Assembly: GCA_012295275.1 (NCBI GenBank)
Contig: CM022678.1
Coordinates: 5,518,001 to 5,582,000, forward strand
DNA from: Chrysomallon squamiferum
Taxonomy: Eukaryota > Animalia > Mollusca
Direction: 5' to 3'
DNA length: 64,000 nucleotides
The position numbers were made by a program, and so were the translations under genes. Under the pieces are notes generated by a model. The model made no database searches. It saw only the letters and a program-made list of their open reading frames with translations, and had not been told where the DNA came from. Position 1 is the stretch's first letter, and each line of letters opens with the position of its first letter. Positions 1-36,994 of this stretch are shown here, in pieces.

Positions 1-23414
<23,414 letters not shown>

Positions 23415-23504
23415 TTCAATTTACATACATGAGAAACAAATTTATAATTAACAAAAACCATAAATAAGATATTTTCTATGATCGAACGCCTACAGTGCGC
23501 TCAA

Positions 23505-23522
23505 TTAAAAAGTCGCCATCTT
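23505..23522 (-). promoter_or_regulatory. YY1-type motif AAGATGGCG about 100 nt upstream of the UBR5 start; also forms a 4-codon upstream ORF (MATF*)
   Basis: Plus strand reads cgccatctt at 23514-23522 in a small CpG-containing patch; minus-strand ATG GCG ACT TTT TAA at 23519-23505. Confidence 0.45.
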
Positions 23523-24316
23523 CGTTTTATCTTTTTTTTTTCCTTTCTTCTTATTTGGTAAATTCCACCCTTTTTTTTTGGAGCGATTCGTCAAGCTTTA
23601 CTAGAACTATTGACTATATTAATACACCTTTTGGAAACGATAGGCAAATATTATACACGATAAATATAGAACATTTCAGTGTTAACCGATTATATTTTGA
23701 CTTTTTTCTATGTTTAAGTTTCGTGAATGGATGTATAAATGATACATTTATTTTATCATTTCCTAGTACTCTAATAATCGGAATAATCGGAAGTGCCTAA
23801 ATATATTATTTCTCTGTTGCTGATTGTTGAATATTATTTCCCTATATTTATACTGATTGAATGAATGACTAAGCGAATGGTTGAACAAATGGGTTGTTAC
23901 CGCGGAAATGAGTGTATAATATATATTTCAACAGCAACAGCAACCACTTCAGAACTACTACAACAACAACAAAGGTAACCATTTTATTAAAACGATTGTC
24001 GTTACGATAATAATGATCTGATCATTATCATCACCACTATCATCATCATTATTATTATCTATATCTATATGCATAATTCTTTCTTTCTTCCTTTCTTTCT
24101 CTTCTTCTTTGTTTCATTATTTGTAAATCTGCTACCATAATTATTTGTAAATATCTGCTAATTATCATCAAACTTATAATAGAAAGCTCAAAATCTAATT
24201 TAAAATGTTTAAGAGGTTGCAGAGTAAAATTAATAATTATTCATTATAAGACTGATAAAAATAAACTTTCAGCGTTTCATATATCTTTAATTGCTTATTT
24301 AGTTACATATGATAAA

Positions 24317-24359
<43 letters not shown>

Positions 24360-24913
24360 GGTATAATAATAATAAACCAATAAATTAACATTAACAATAA
24401 GTATATTGTTAATAAATATATAATAATTACAACTGAATGACAAAATAATTAAAATATAATAAATACATACATAAATAAAATAATTGTGTTCTAGTGAAAA
24501 TATTAAATGAAAAAACATGCGTTAGATTTAAACATGCACTGAACCAAATTTTAATCTAGAGTTACCTCGCGTAATTCAGGACGCCACTGATATTTAGAAA
24601 ATAAAGTATTGAGCGCCGCCTGACGGTAGATTTTATTACATTTTGTATAAATAAATTCCTTATCAGTTCAATAGTCAGAAAGTTATGGCCGCAGATTGAT
24701 CCACAGAAACTAAATACGTTTAATAATGACTGACTTATAATATCGATACACTTTACAATCATGTAAAGGTAGCAAATAAAAATGCTAAAATTCATCGCGT
24801 CGATCGCATTAATATGTCAAAGCACTCAAGCAACAACGTCAAAAAATGGGGATATGAAGGAATAGTATAAAACTATTCTGCATACTTTGAAGTTATTTAT
24901 TTAGTTAGTTATA

Positions 24914-24945
<32 letters not shown>

Positions 24946-25002
24946 CACCGTCCAAACTTTATTAACAAATAAATATAACAACTAAAAAATACTATTTTAA
25001 AA

Positions 25003-25075
25003 CAGTGGTTCTCAAATGGGACTGTAATAACCCCCCCCCTGGGGAAGTGGAAAGATCCAAGAGGTGCGGCAGTAA
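25003..25075 (+). mobile_element. Possible hAT (Charlie-like) non-autonomous element end
   Basis: Begins CAGTGGTTCTCAAA followed by a C-run/G-run; no matching second terminus found. Confidence 0.3.
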
Positions 25076-25159
25076 AGATGAAGAATAGTTGCATAACAAG
25101 CATGCAATTTTTGTATTTTTTTTCTTCTTTTTTTTTTTTTTTTTATCTATATGAAATAA

Positions 25160-25208
<49 letters not shown>

Positions 25209-25265
25209 TTGTTTGTAATGTTTTACTTTGCCAAAATTGAACAATTTTATTTGTATTACAGCTTG

Positions 25266-25340
25266 TGACGTCACCAGTCAGGGTCACCAAACGTTATGGT
25301 GTGACCCACTTCTCACTAGCTGCGCGCATGGCTATTTATA
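25266..25340 (+). promoter_or_regulatory. Candidate core promoter: palindromic CRE (TGACGTCA), NRF1-like TGCGCGCATG and TATA-like TATTTATA
   Basis: Motifs at 25266-25273, 25321-25330 and 25333-25340 in a locally CpG-containing patch upstream of the cryptic zinc-finger exons. Confidence 0.4.
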
Positions 25341-25606
25341 GCTCCAATCTGTGACGCTGCAGTGGTTTGACAGAAACAAAAGTCGTCTGCTGTATCCAAC
25401 CTACGCTAAACTGTGAAACCTGCCGCTTTTTTATATTATGAATGACAATTTATCAAATATGAAACATGTCGATAAGGCTCGAGGCTATATGTTTGTATCC
25501 ACTGCATGTTATTTTTGGTCCTGTAATCTAATATACCTATATATTCTAATATTCTAATATAATAAAGATGCAGTTGAATGGATTGATAAAAAAAAAAAAA
25601 AAAAAA

Positions 25607-26628
<1,022 letters not shown>

Positions 26629-27512
26629 AAACATTAACCGTTACACGAAGTTTGAAACTGTTACAGGGACCGACCCTCCATAAACAGCAACGAGAATAAC
26701 CGATGATGTTCATCAACGGACCTGCTCAATGACGGATTACTATAATAAATAATTAATAAACGTTATGCATCAAATAATTAACAAAGCGAATACAAAATGA
26801 GAAATAAATATTTAACGATTACAATGTTTTGCCTTTGTGCAGTCGTATTTCAAGGGAGAACTGATTTACACAGTTATTTACAGCCCAGAGTGCATTCGCT
26901 AGACAGTTGCCATTAACGACACTATTGTATACGAAAGTAGGTCAACTTTTTCCCGGGTATTATTAACTTATTACTAGTACTGTTATTACACCCTTGCTTG
27001 AGAAGTGTATTCCCGGGAGAGACGTCATGGCGAAACGAGGAAGTAACAGTGCGTACTGCAGTTGTTACATAATGAATTTTAGCAGGAAAAGGGATAATAT
27101 TAAACTTTAACTTATTCAAGCTACTCGGGACAGTGAAGCTTTCGTGTCGTGTACTACATGTAATAAGACAGCGAACTGCTTTCTCGGCGCTGTGGGCCTT
27201 TCTCGGTGAACTACATCAGCTCAGCGTAGAGAAAACGGAAGCAAACTGCTAGGGCGTGATTATAAAGTTTATTCACTTGATACTGCTATCTGTACGAGAA
27301 AGACTAATTAAGTGGTTTTTTAAATTATTATTATTATTATTATTATTATTTTTTTTTTTTTTTTTTTTTTTTTTTGTGAATATTAAAATAAATAAGGTAA
27401 CGAGGAACTACTGAACTGTTACGGGACTAAAAATACTGTGATGACAAAATCTGTTCTGTGGATTCGTATTACACTGACGAAAACGGGTATGTAAATAATC
27501 ACGTTTTCGGGA

Positions 27513-27680
27513 ATGGAGGTAAACGTGAGAAATAAAAATTCCAGCGAAGAAAACGACGTGACATCCACACTGGACAAATACACGGCTGGTGGACTGTTAT
27601 GTTCAAACTGCTATGAACGATGTTCAAGCGCACCTAAAATCTTAATGTGTATGCATACCTTTTGTGATCGTTGTGAATCG
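27513..27680 (+). CDS. RING-FN3-SPRY gene exon 1 (first part of RING)
   Basis: ATG, LLCSNCYERCSSAPKILMCMHTFCDRCES, donor G|GTAAGT. Confidence 0.85.
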
Positions 27681-28973
27681 GTAAGTGACAACAATAAAAA
27701 CAACAACAACAACAACAGTAGTAGTAGTTGTTGTAATTAGTATAAGTGGCAGTAGAGTAGTATTAAGTAGTGTAAGTATTATGTAGTGGTAGTAGTAGTA
27801 GTAGTAGTAGTAGAAGTGGTGGTAGTAATAGCAGCTATAACAGTAAATAAATAAATAACAGCAACAGCAACAACAACAACAATAATGATTGATTAATTAA
27901 TTAATTAATTAACTATATCAAAAAAAAAAGTAAAAGAAAGACGAAATCACACTGGAATATTCGCACAGTTGTGATAAGATGAATCGATAAGTGTTTGTTT
28001 AACGGCAGCGTACAGCGTTTTATACAAATAACGATCATGATTGAAGCACACAACTTCACTACAGCAATAATAAAACAGAAAAGCCTTTCAGTTAGCAGCA
28101 AGTGACGTCTTATATGCACCTTCTCACATATCGCAATTTTTATTATTATCAATTTTTATTTATTTTTTGTTTTTTTTTTTAATATAAATGAAACTGGTTG
28201 GAATGGAAACGAGCCCAATGGGCTCACAAAAAAGGAGGGTAAACGAAGACTATTTAATTATTATTGTTGTAATTTCAGATGTATAAATGTAGTAATGATA
28301 GCGGTAACAGAAGCAGCAGTACTAGTAGTATCTAATCTATCAGTAATATATATAAACGTCCGTGCGTGTGCGTGTGTGTGTATATGTTTATATAGATAGA
28401 GAGAGAGAGAGTGAGAGAGAGAGTAAATAAATAAAGCTGATCACTGATAGATAAGCAAATATGAAATGATTTTCTTTCTGGTGATAAATGTTCAAACAAA
28501 AGTAATGGTAATTAAACCTTTAACAAAAATATCCTCTTTACAATTTATTTTCTTTATATACAGTGAAATCTTCCCCCCTTCCTCTTTCACCTATTCCTAC
28601 TCCTACTTCTTCTTCTTCTTCTTCTTATTATTATTATTATCATCATCATCATCACCATCATTATTATGATTATGATTATTATTATCATCATTATTATTAT
28701 CCTTATCATCATCATCGCCATCATTATTGTTGTTGTTGTTATTAATTTTCACTATTATTATTAATATCACCACCATCATCATTTTCATTATCATCATTAT
28801 TATTAGGATTATCATCATCATCATCATTATCATCATTATTATAATCCTTATCATCATCATCACAATCATTATTGTTGTTGTTGTTATTAATTTTCACTAT
28901 TATTATTAATATCACCACCATCATCATTTTTATTGTCATCATTATTATTAGGATCATCATCATCATCATCATA

Positions 28974-29016
<43 letters not shown>

Positions 29017-30965
29017 GTCCTATACTGACATAAAACTGTCAGGCGGTGACTTCCGAAAATGCCCGATCTGCACCAGATCCGTTGCATCAACGTCGCCCGA
29101 AAATACAGCTCTTGCTCGTTTGCCCAGCAACGACAGCGATCTGCAGATTTCGCCTCGTGACGTCGGATTGGTGAATATGACGTCACAAACGTTATTCAGA
29201 GGGTCAAAGACCCATCCGAACAAACCTAACGCACAAATTAAACAAGCTCATGTAAATATTGGTAAATATAAAGTGTTTATTTATTTATTTTTTATTATCG
29301 TTGCTGTTGTTGTAGTTGTTATTGTTGTTGTTGTTGTTGTTGTTACTGTCATCATCATCATTATTGTTTATTTACTTATTTATGTTACTGTTCTTGTTGT
29401 ATTTGTTGCTATTGTGACTGTTCTTGTTATTTTTTCTTTTGTTGTTGTTGTTGTTGTTTACTGTTTCTTTCTGTTATTGTTATTCATGATTATTATCAAT
29501 ATCGTCATCATCATCATAATTCCTGGTGTTGTCGTTTTTCATTTGAAATCAGAGACAAATACACAGTTTAAAATTCTAACATAAACTGATGGCTCAGTTT
29601 TACTTAATATCCAATGAATAAACAACTTTTTAAAAACTATTTCAGGCAATCTAATTTATAATATTATAGTTTTTTATTTTATTATTATTATTTTTTTTTT
29701 TTTAATATATATATCATTCAATATTTTTATTATCATCATCATTTTCATCATTATTTATTCATTTATTATCTTATTATTTTACTATTTTTATTTTCTATTA
29801 TTTATGTTCGCTTGTTTTATTATTGTTGTTGTTAGAGCGTTTTATTATTAGTATGCTATTAATTATATTAGATTAACTACAGTATATTAAGTATAATACA
29901 GTACAGAATAGTTAAACATTTTTTTTTCGTTTTATTATTATTTTCTTCGTCGCCGTTGTATTTGTTGTCATCATCATCATCATCATCAACGGTTTACTTT
30001 GAAAACCGTTTGATACGATGCGTCAGATGTAGAATGGTGCGCTGTGAAGAGAGTCTTTTGTATTTAACAAATTAGTTATCTGTAATATCCTGAGGTCAGT
30101 CCAGTCATATGAAAATAACGATGTGGAGAAAAAATAACAGAAAAAAAACAACAACAACAACAAACAAAACAAAAATATAATAGGTGCAGGTCAGAGCATT
30201 AGATATATAAGTAGGGGAGACAATCACCAGCAAACACCTCATGATTGCCATATCTGAGTTATCTCTCTTAGATGTAATATATTAAAATCTTTTGTGCATA
30301 TACATATATATATACGTACGTATAATAAATATGGTTATAATATTTTAATTTTAATTTTATTTTAAATATATTTACTTATTTTTATCTGACTTTTTATTTA
30401 TTTATTTAGTTAGTTAGTTAGTTAGTTAGTTTTTGTTATTATTATTATTTTCTTTCTTACCGTTTCCTTTTAATTCATTTGCGAAACTATCGTTCTTTTA
30501 TTTAACATATCAACAAACGTAACATTCGTAGAGACTGTAACCTTCTTTTAAATCCACTGTATCATTTCAGACAAGCAGTTTAAGAAGCCCAAAATCACGA
30601 ACATCATCGTTACACGATCTTTCGACGACTCGGCGAAGATAAAAATTAGCTGGGAGGCTTGCCCGAGCGCCTACCTTTACAGGACGAAGTTTTCCAACAC
30701 CGAAGGCAACGTCGCGTTCCTCAAAGAGATCACATTTCAGCAGCTGAAAGACCCCGGCGCGACGTCCGTCGTCATCGACGGCTTGCGTCACAACTGCAAC
30801 TACTGCATATGTCTGCAGGCGGTGTATCCAGAGGGTATGAGCAACTTTGGCGAGAAGATGAACATCCTCACGCCGCACAGAGTAAATCGTAAGAACAACA
30901 TACTTTTTTTAATTTTAAATTACCTTTATAATTATTATTATTAGTAGTAGTAGTAGTAGTAGTAA

Positions 30966-31018
<53 letters not shown>

Positions 31019-31163
31019 TTTACAGTGGTACCTTGACTTTCGAGTTTAATTCGTTTCCGTGACCGAGCTCGTAATTCAGTTTGCTCGTATAATCAGATCT
31101 ATTTTCCCAAATGAAATTAAGTGAAATACCATTAACCCGTTTCAGCCGCGAAAAACCAACCCA

Positions 31164-31206
<43 letters not shown>

Positions 31207-32916
31207 TAACGTATTTTTAAATAAGAAAACATGTATGTATAAATGACAAATATTGTATAAAAAACAAAATAAAAGAGAATGTAAAGAAATAAACTGGTTT
31301 TGTAAAGTGTACATGGTTAGGGTTTCTCCATCTTTTCGTGGACAGAGGTCCGCAGCTTAGAAATTATTTTAACGCCTTTGGCTGGAGTTGTAGCCTTTAT
31401 CGACTTCTCCTGCTTCGGTATGGTACATATCGTAAAAGTACTACGCTCGTACTGCCTAGCTAAGTCGACTACACGCACACCTCGTTCATGTTTTCTATGA
31501 TTTGACGCTTTAATTCAGTGGACATCATCCGCTTCTTCTTCTCAGCTCTGTCCTTTACACTCACTTTCTTACGATCGTTGGAAATTTGTCAAAATACTGC
31601 ACAAAACGGGAGCACATCACAACAGAGATGCTTCCACGGCGAGATAACCACGTGATGCAAACGTGTTCACTGCGCCAACTAGCGGTGGTATATCTGACCC
31701 TCACTCGTAACTCGGATTTTGGCTCGCAACTCAAAGCCAAAACCCGACAGGGCAACTGCTCATAACTCGGAAAACTCGTAAGTCGAGGTACTACTATATC
31801 TATATAGACAGATTGTGTACTAATTAAAAGTATCATATTAGATAATATGTACCACTGTAAAAACATACAAAGACCATACGTACTAATCAAGCACGTTGTA
31901 CATAGACAATACGCAGTAGATAGAGGGATCATCCACAGAGAACGTGTAAAAGACAAACAGTTCATGTACAGGCCTGAACTGAAAACATGATAGACAATGC
32001 ATAGTAGGCAAACACATTATACAAAGACAATACGTACTAATAAAAAAAAAATATAAGGTTAAAAATAAATATGTCGTACACAGACAATATGTAAAAGAAA
32101 AAGAGTTCATACATTGATCTGAATTATTAATTAAAAACATCATAGATAGACAAACAAAGACACTAATGACAAATATCATGTTAGATGTTACGTAGCATCC
32201 AGAAATCTGTATAGACAATACGTACAAGTAAAAAAATAAAAAATAAATAAATAATTAAATAAATAATAACATACCACAGTCAGTTCCTATTAATAATAAT
32301 TTTAAATCATACATAGACACAAATCTGTAATGAAAAACATCACACAGAGCTAAGACGTACTAAAAAATAATAATTAATAATTGAAATTTTTTTACTGAGC
32401 AAACACTTGATACACTGACAGTGCGACAAAAAAAATTACTGATCTGATCCCAATATTAATGCTATCAATGCCGTTTGCCCGGTAATAAATAATACAATCC
32501 ATTTATTTTAAAGTTTTCTCTTGATGTGCATGTCTATACACGTACATGTTGTATGCATGCATGTGTATTTGTATATATGTGTATGGGTATATGCATGTGT
32601 ATGTATGTATGTGTTTGTGTGTGTTTGTGTGTGTAGATATATAGATGGATATACATGTGTGTATGTGTGTGTGTGTGTGTGTATATATACATATATACGT
32701 TTGTGTGCCTGTGCATATATGTATGTATATGTGCATGTCTATTAATGTGTATGTAGCAATATGCAGTGTGTGTGTGTGTGTGTGTGTGTGCGTGTAGATG
32801 TGTGCTTGTCTGTATAGATTTATATGTGTGATAAATTAATAAAATCTCGCATCAAACGTTTAATCAACCCACGCTGTGTAGCGAGAAATCCATGAAATAA
32901 TAATAATAATAACAAC

Positions 32917-33000
<84 letters not shown>

Positions 33001-33781
33001 GATAGTAGCTTTTCATTTTTGTTTAAAAAGAAGAAAAAAAAACACTTATCGATCGTTTTCAGATATCCATAAAAAAAAATCAGTAATTACAGACACACCT
33101 CTCAACATATCTGTGCGCACTGTCGTAATAATCGAATAAAAGATACTAGATGTGCCAACAATGACAAAGAAATTATGGACGAAAGAAGTATTTTGTATAA
33201 GCCACATCTGCTAAAAAAAATAGTCAGCGCAAAGAAAGAAACAAGAAAGATTCATTTTTTTTTAATTCTATTTTATTTAATTTTTTTTTAATTTTAATTT
33301 TTTAATTTTAATTTTTTTATTATTATTATTATTATTATTTTTTTTTTTTTTTTTTTCTGTTTCAGTATTGAGTCCATTTTGGATAGAGTCGTTATTTGTT
33401 GTTAATATGTTACAATAAATTATGAAAAACTTGATAACATTTAGTAAGCTCACAGTTTCATCCATGATTATTTTTATGTCACTGTGACATAGGTAATCGC
33501 CGCAGCTGTTGGTGAAAGTAATTAGAAAATGATATTTTTTTATTCCGTTTTTGATACAGCAATTACCTTTGCGCTATTATTATTCTTATTTTAATTATTG
33601 TTGTTGCTGCTGCTGTTTTTGTTATTATTAGTATTATTCTCTTTTTTTTTAATTTTTTTTTTTTAATTAATTTATTTTTTATTTAGTTTTAGTTTTTAAA
33701 ACTTAATTAAATTATACTAAGTCCAGAGAGAAGGTCTGAGTTATTATTATTGTTATTATTATTAATATTATTATAATTATA

Positions 33782-33853
<72 letters not shown>

Positions 33854-35573
33854 ACAATTAGCACCCTGAGATCCGAAAACCTATTTGCAAATCTCTCACT
33901 GCATAAAGTGTGCCAACAGAAAATATGCGAGAATACTTTAATTACCACAAATATGGCAGATGCACATACATACACACATACAGACATACATACATACATA
34001 CATAGATACATAGATACATATTACATAAAAACATACATATTATATAAAAACATATATATATATATATATATATATAAATACATACATACATAGTTTAAAT
34101 TTCTGATTACTATATTTATGTATATTTTATGGTTACAACGTTTTGTCCATGTTTGAAGTTCTTGTTTCTCTTTTCTCTGTGTGTGTAGGTGTGTGTGTGT
34201 GTGTGGTGTGCGCGTGAGTGTGTTTGTGTGACAGAGAGACAGAGGGAGAGAGAGAGTGAGTGTGTGTGTGTGTGTGTGTTTTTTTTTATTAGTATGTATA
34301 GTCTATGAATGATGTCTTTAATTACAGATTCATGTCTAGAATGATTTTTTTGTTTTTTGTTTTTTTTGTTTGCTGTCATGTATTGTTAGTGTTTTTTTTT
34401 TTTTTTTTTTACTATTACGTATTGTCTATGTATCATGTTCTGTTGCCTATGCATTACACACTTACTTATTACGTATTGTCTATATATCATGCTTTGTTGC
34501 CTATATATTATACTCTTACTTACTTATTATATCATGCTTTGTATTGTCTATGTATCATGCTTTGTTGCCTATGTATTATACTCTTACTTATTACGTATTG
34601 TCTATACATCATGCTTTGTTGCCTATGTATTATACTCTTACTTATTACGTATTGTCTATGTATCATGCTTTGTTGCCTATCTATTATACTCTTACTTATT
34701 ACGTATTCTCTATGTATCATGCTTTGTTGCCTATTTATTACACTCTTATTTATTACGTATTGTCTATATCATGCTTTGTTGCCTGTGAATTACACTCTTA
34801 CTTATTACGTATTGTATGTTAACGTATTTCACTGTTATTGTTTCTATTAACGTTTATGAATAATGTTCCTGGCGGCTTTACTATTTTTGTGTCTTCCAGG
34901 GACGTCGTGCTTTCTAAGCATCGACAGCAAAGCCATGCTCATCTACGTGGACGCTCAGACGCAGACGTGCGCTTCAAACAGCAGCCACTGGAGCGACGAC
35001 GGCACCAAGAGGTACGACTTCTACGACAAGGGCAGGCTGCTGAAACTGAGGGGCGTGACGAGCAACAGGTGGTTCGGCGGCAACGCCTGCGAGTACTGGG
35101 AGGTGGCCGTCACCTTGCGCGTCAAACAGAAGCCTCGGGCCACGGTGGATCTGTTCTCCCTCGGGGTCGTGCAAGAGGACAAGCGCGACGAGTTCACGTC
35201 GCTGTCGTACAACATCTTCAGCGCGGGCTGTGCGCTGTACAGAGTCGCCTACAAGTCGTCGTTGGCGCTGAGGTGGTGGAACGGCGGCCAGTCCCAGGCC
35301 GTCGCCGACAACAAAGAGCTCGTCAGCCTCCACGACGTCTTCAACAAGACGAAGACGGTGACGTTCGGCTTCCTGCTGGACATGCGCGCGAGCACGCTGT
35401 ACGTCGTCAACGTGGGCAGCAACGAGCTGCTGCAGATCGTCATGAACGTCAAGCCGACGAAATGTCTGCCCGTGTTCGAGCTGCTGGAAGACAAGACGGC
35501 CGACGTCGAAGTGAAGTACGTCACCGGGGACAGCATTGTTCGTCTGCCGCCCATACTGTCAGGTGACAACTAG
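27513..35573 (+). CDS. RING-FN3-SPRY(B30.2-like) protein, TRIM-like putative E3 ligase, ~467 aa, 4 exons (27513-27680, 29018-29261, 30571-30888, 34900-35573)
   Basis: Phase-consistent GT-AG splicing (0,1,1); 1404 nt CDS. C3HC4 RING: CSNC..PKILMCMHTFCDRC..CPIC. FN3: KISWEA..Y..VVIDGLRHNCNYCICLQAV..GMS. SPRY-like: YWEV..LGVV..FGFLLDM..LPVF. Confidence 0.85.
29018..29261 (+). CDS. RING-FN3-SPRY gene exon 2 (RING end and linker)
   Basis: ttaccag acceptor, RKCPICTR completes the RING; G|GTAAAT donor. Confidence 0.8.
30571..30888 (+). CDS. RING-FN3-SPRY gene exon 3 (fibronectin type III domain)
   Basis: tttcag acceptor; FN3 W / L..Y..V pattern; phase 1-1 module; GTAAGA donor. Confidence 0.85.
31023..31796. 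mobile_element. pogo/Tigger-like non-autonomous DNA transposon in intron 3 of the RING-FN3-SPRY gene
   Basis: TA|CAGTGGTACCTTGACTTTCGAG ... CTCGTAAGTCGAGGTACTACTA|TA: 22 bp imperfect TIRs with TA target duplication. Confidence 0.8.
34412..34818. repeat. 54 bp tandem repeat just upstream of the SPRY exon
   Basis: ttacgtattgtctatgtatcatgctttgttgcctatgtattatactcttactta, about 8 copies; explains the 18-aa periodic ORFs. Confidence 0.9.
34900..35573 (+). CDS. RING-FN3-SPRY gene exon 4 (SPRY/B30.2-like domain)
   Basis: tcttccag acceptor, GC-rich open frame to TAG at 35573, YWEV and GFLLD motifs. Confidence 0.88.
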
Positions 35574-36446
35574 CGACTCTTGTGTAGGTGAGGTGTAGTG
35601 TATTTTCCTTCTTTAAAAAAAAACAACAAACAAAAAAAAAAAAAAAAAAAACTCCTCGTGCTTTCACTACTTTTCATGATCAACACGAAACAAGATGTCT
35701 TCGTTAAAATTCAGACATCTTTACATACTAATAGACTTGCAGATCATCATCCATATTTTGAGAGTGACATTCTGTGAATAACTTGTGTAAAATATTTTCT
35801 GTGGAACCATCGCGATTGAAGAATCAATCTGATAATTGTTTTTATTTTTATTTTTTATTTTTTTTAATATTGTTTTCTTTAATTTTCTTTGAATGACATG
35901 ATAATTTAAGAATGATAACTGAATTAACCAGTATGAAATTGGTAGCTATGTGCCCCTTTGGCGGCCATGTTTAAATATTTTAAAGATGGACGTCTGACCT
36001 CTTTATCTCCAGTATAGCAGATATCGGCGAAGTAATTATAACTCCAGCCTAAAATTACCTAGAAACATTCAAACAGCACTGTTTTGTTCTGTTATTCACT
36101 TTCAGATATATAATTACCCGTATATATTTTAAAAACGATTTAGTACAGTCCACAAAATAAAATGTTAGATTTAATGATGGAGTAATCTAATTTCCAAATG
36201 TACATCAATAATAGAAATTTATTTCCGTCAGTCTGTTGATTACGCCCAGACCTGTATTTGCATATAATCTGACCAAAAAAAGAAAAAAAGTTTCAAAGTT
36301 AATTTCACTGCAGTGTACTCAGTACGACTAAACACATGTTACAATATTTACTATGCCTGTTGCTACTGTGCATTTAAAAGACTGGTTTTATGATACTGAT
36401 CTGCACCATTAAAATAGCTGACTATCACTGTATATCATTTTAAAAT

Positions 36447-36597
36447 GGGCGGAGCTAACGTCACGTGCTACGATCATTGGGTGGAGCTAACCTCTGGGTG
36501 CCAGCAACAGTCGGAGACGTGTTAGCGAATATAATCGCACAATACATCGGAATTTCATTTAGGAAAAAAACCCAACCCCAAATCAAACAACAAAAAC
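36447..36597 (+). promoter_or_regulatory. Promoter and probable non-coding first exon of methyltransferase copy A
   Basis: GC box GGGCGGAG (36447), E-box/CRE-like ACGTCACGTG, reverse CCAAT, second box GGGTGGAG, then donor C|GTAAGT at 36597/36598 that can pair with the acceptor tgcag ending at 36984. Confidence 0.6.
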
Positions 36598-36903
36598 GTA
36601 AGTTAATTTTATTTTGTTTTATTTTATTTTACTTCATTTTTAAAAGGCGTGAATATTTGAAAACCAGAAGTGTGTGTATATTCTCAGAATGATATCAACA
36701 TTTGTCTCTCCCTTGGAATTTACCGTTCCTGTTATTACCATAAGTCATCATTATTATCTTCATCATCACGATTATTATTGATAAATATAATACCATCCTC
36801 AACATCATCATAATCATTATTATTATCATCATCATCATCATTATTTTTATATTTATTATTACCACCGTCATTATCATCATCATCATCATTAATATTATAT
36901 TTA

Positions 36904-36979
<76 letters not shown>

Positions 36980-36994
36980 TGCAGACGCTTAAAA

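Noticed and set aside
31546-31780. Possible extra exon of the RING-FN3-SPRY gene (good ctcag acceptor, GTAAGT downstream)
   Set aside because: All three frames hit stops, it lies inside the TIR-bounded element 31023-31796, and exons 3 and 4 already join in phase
34305-34850. Cys/Tyr-rich periodic ORFs in three frames, and a CRISPR-like look
   Set aside because: Pure 54-bp tandem repeat without unique spacers, in an intron of a eukaryotic gene
34863-34899. Signal-peptide-like start MFLAALLFLCLP suggesting a standalone secreted protein
   Set aside because: It is the polypyrimidine tract and acceptor of exon 4, whose phase matches exon 3; an independent start cannot be fully excluded without cDNA
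34838-35569. Overlapping 242-aa plus-frame ORF and antisense ORFs over the SPRY exon
   Set aside because: Shadow ORFs expected from high GC3; no recognisable motifs
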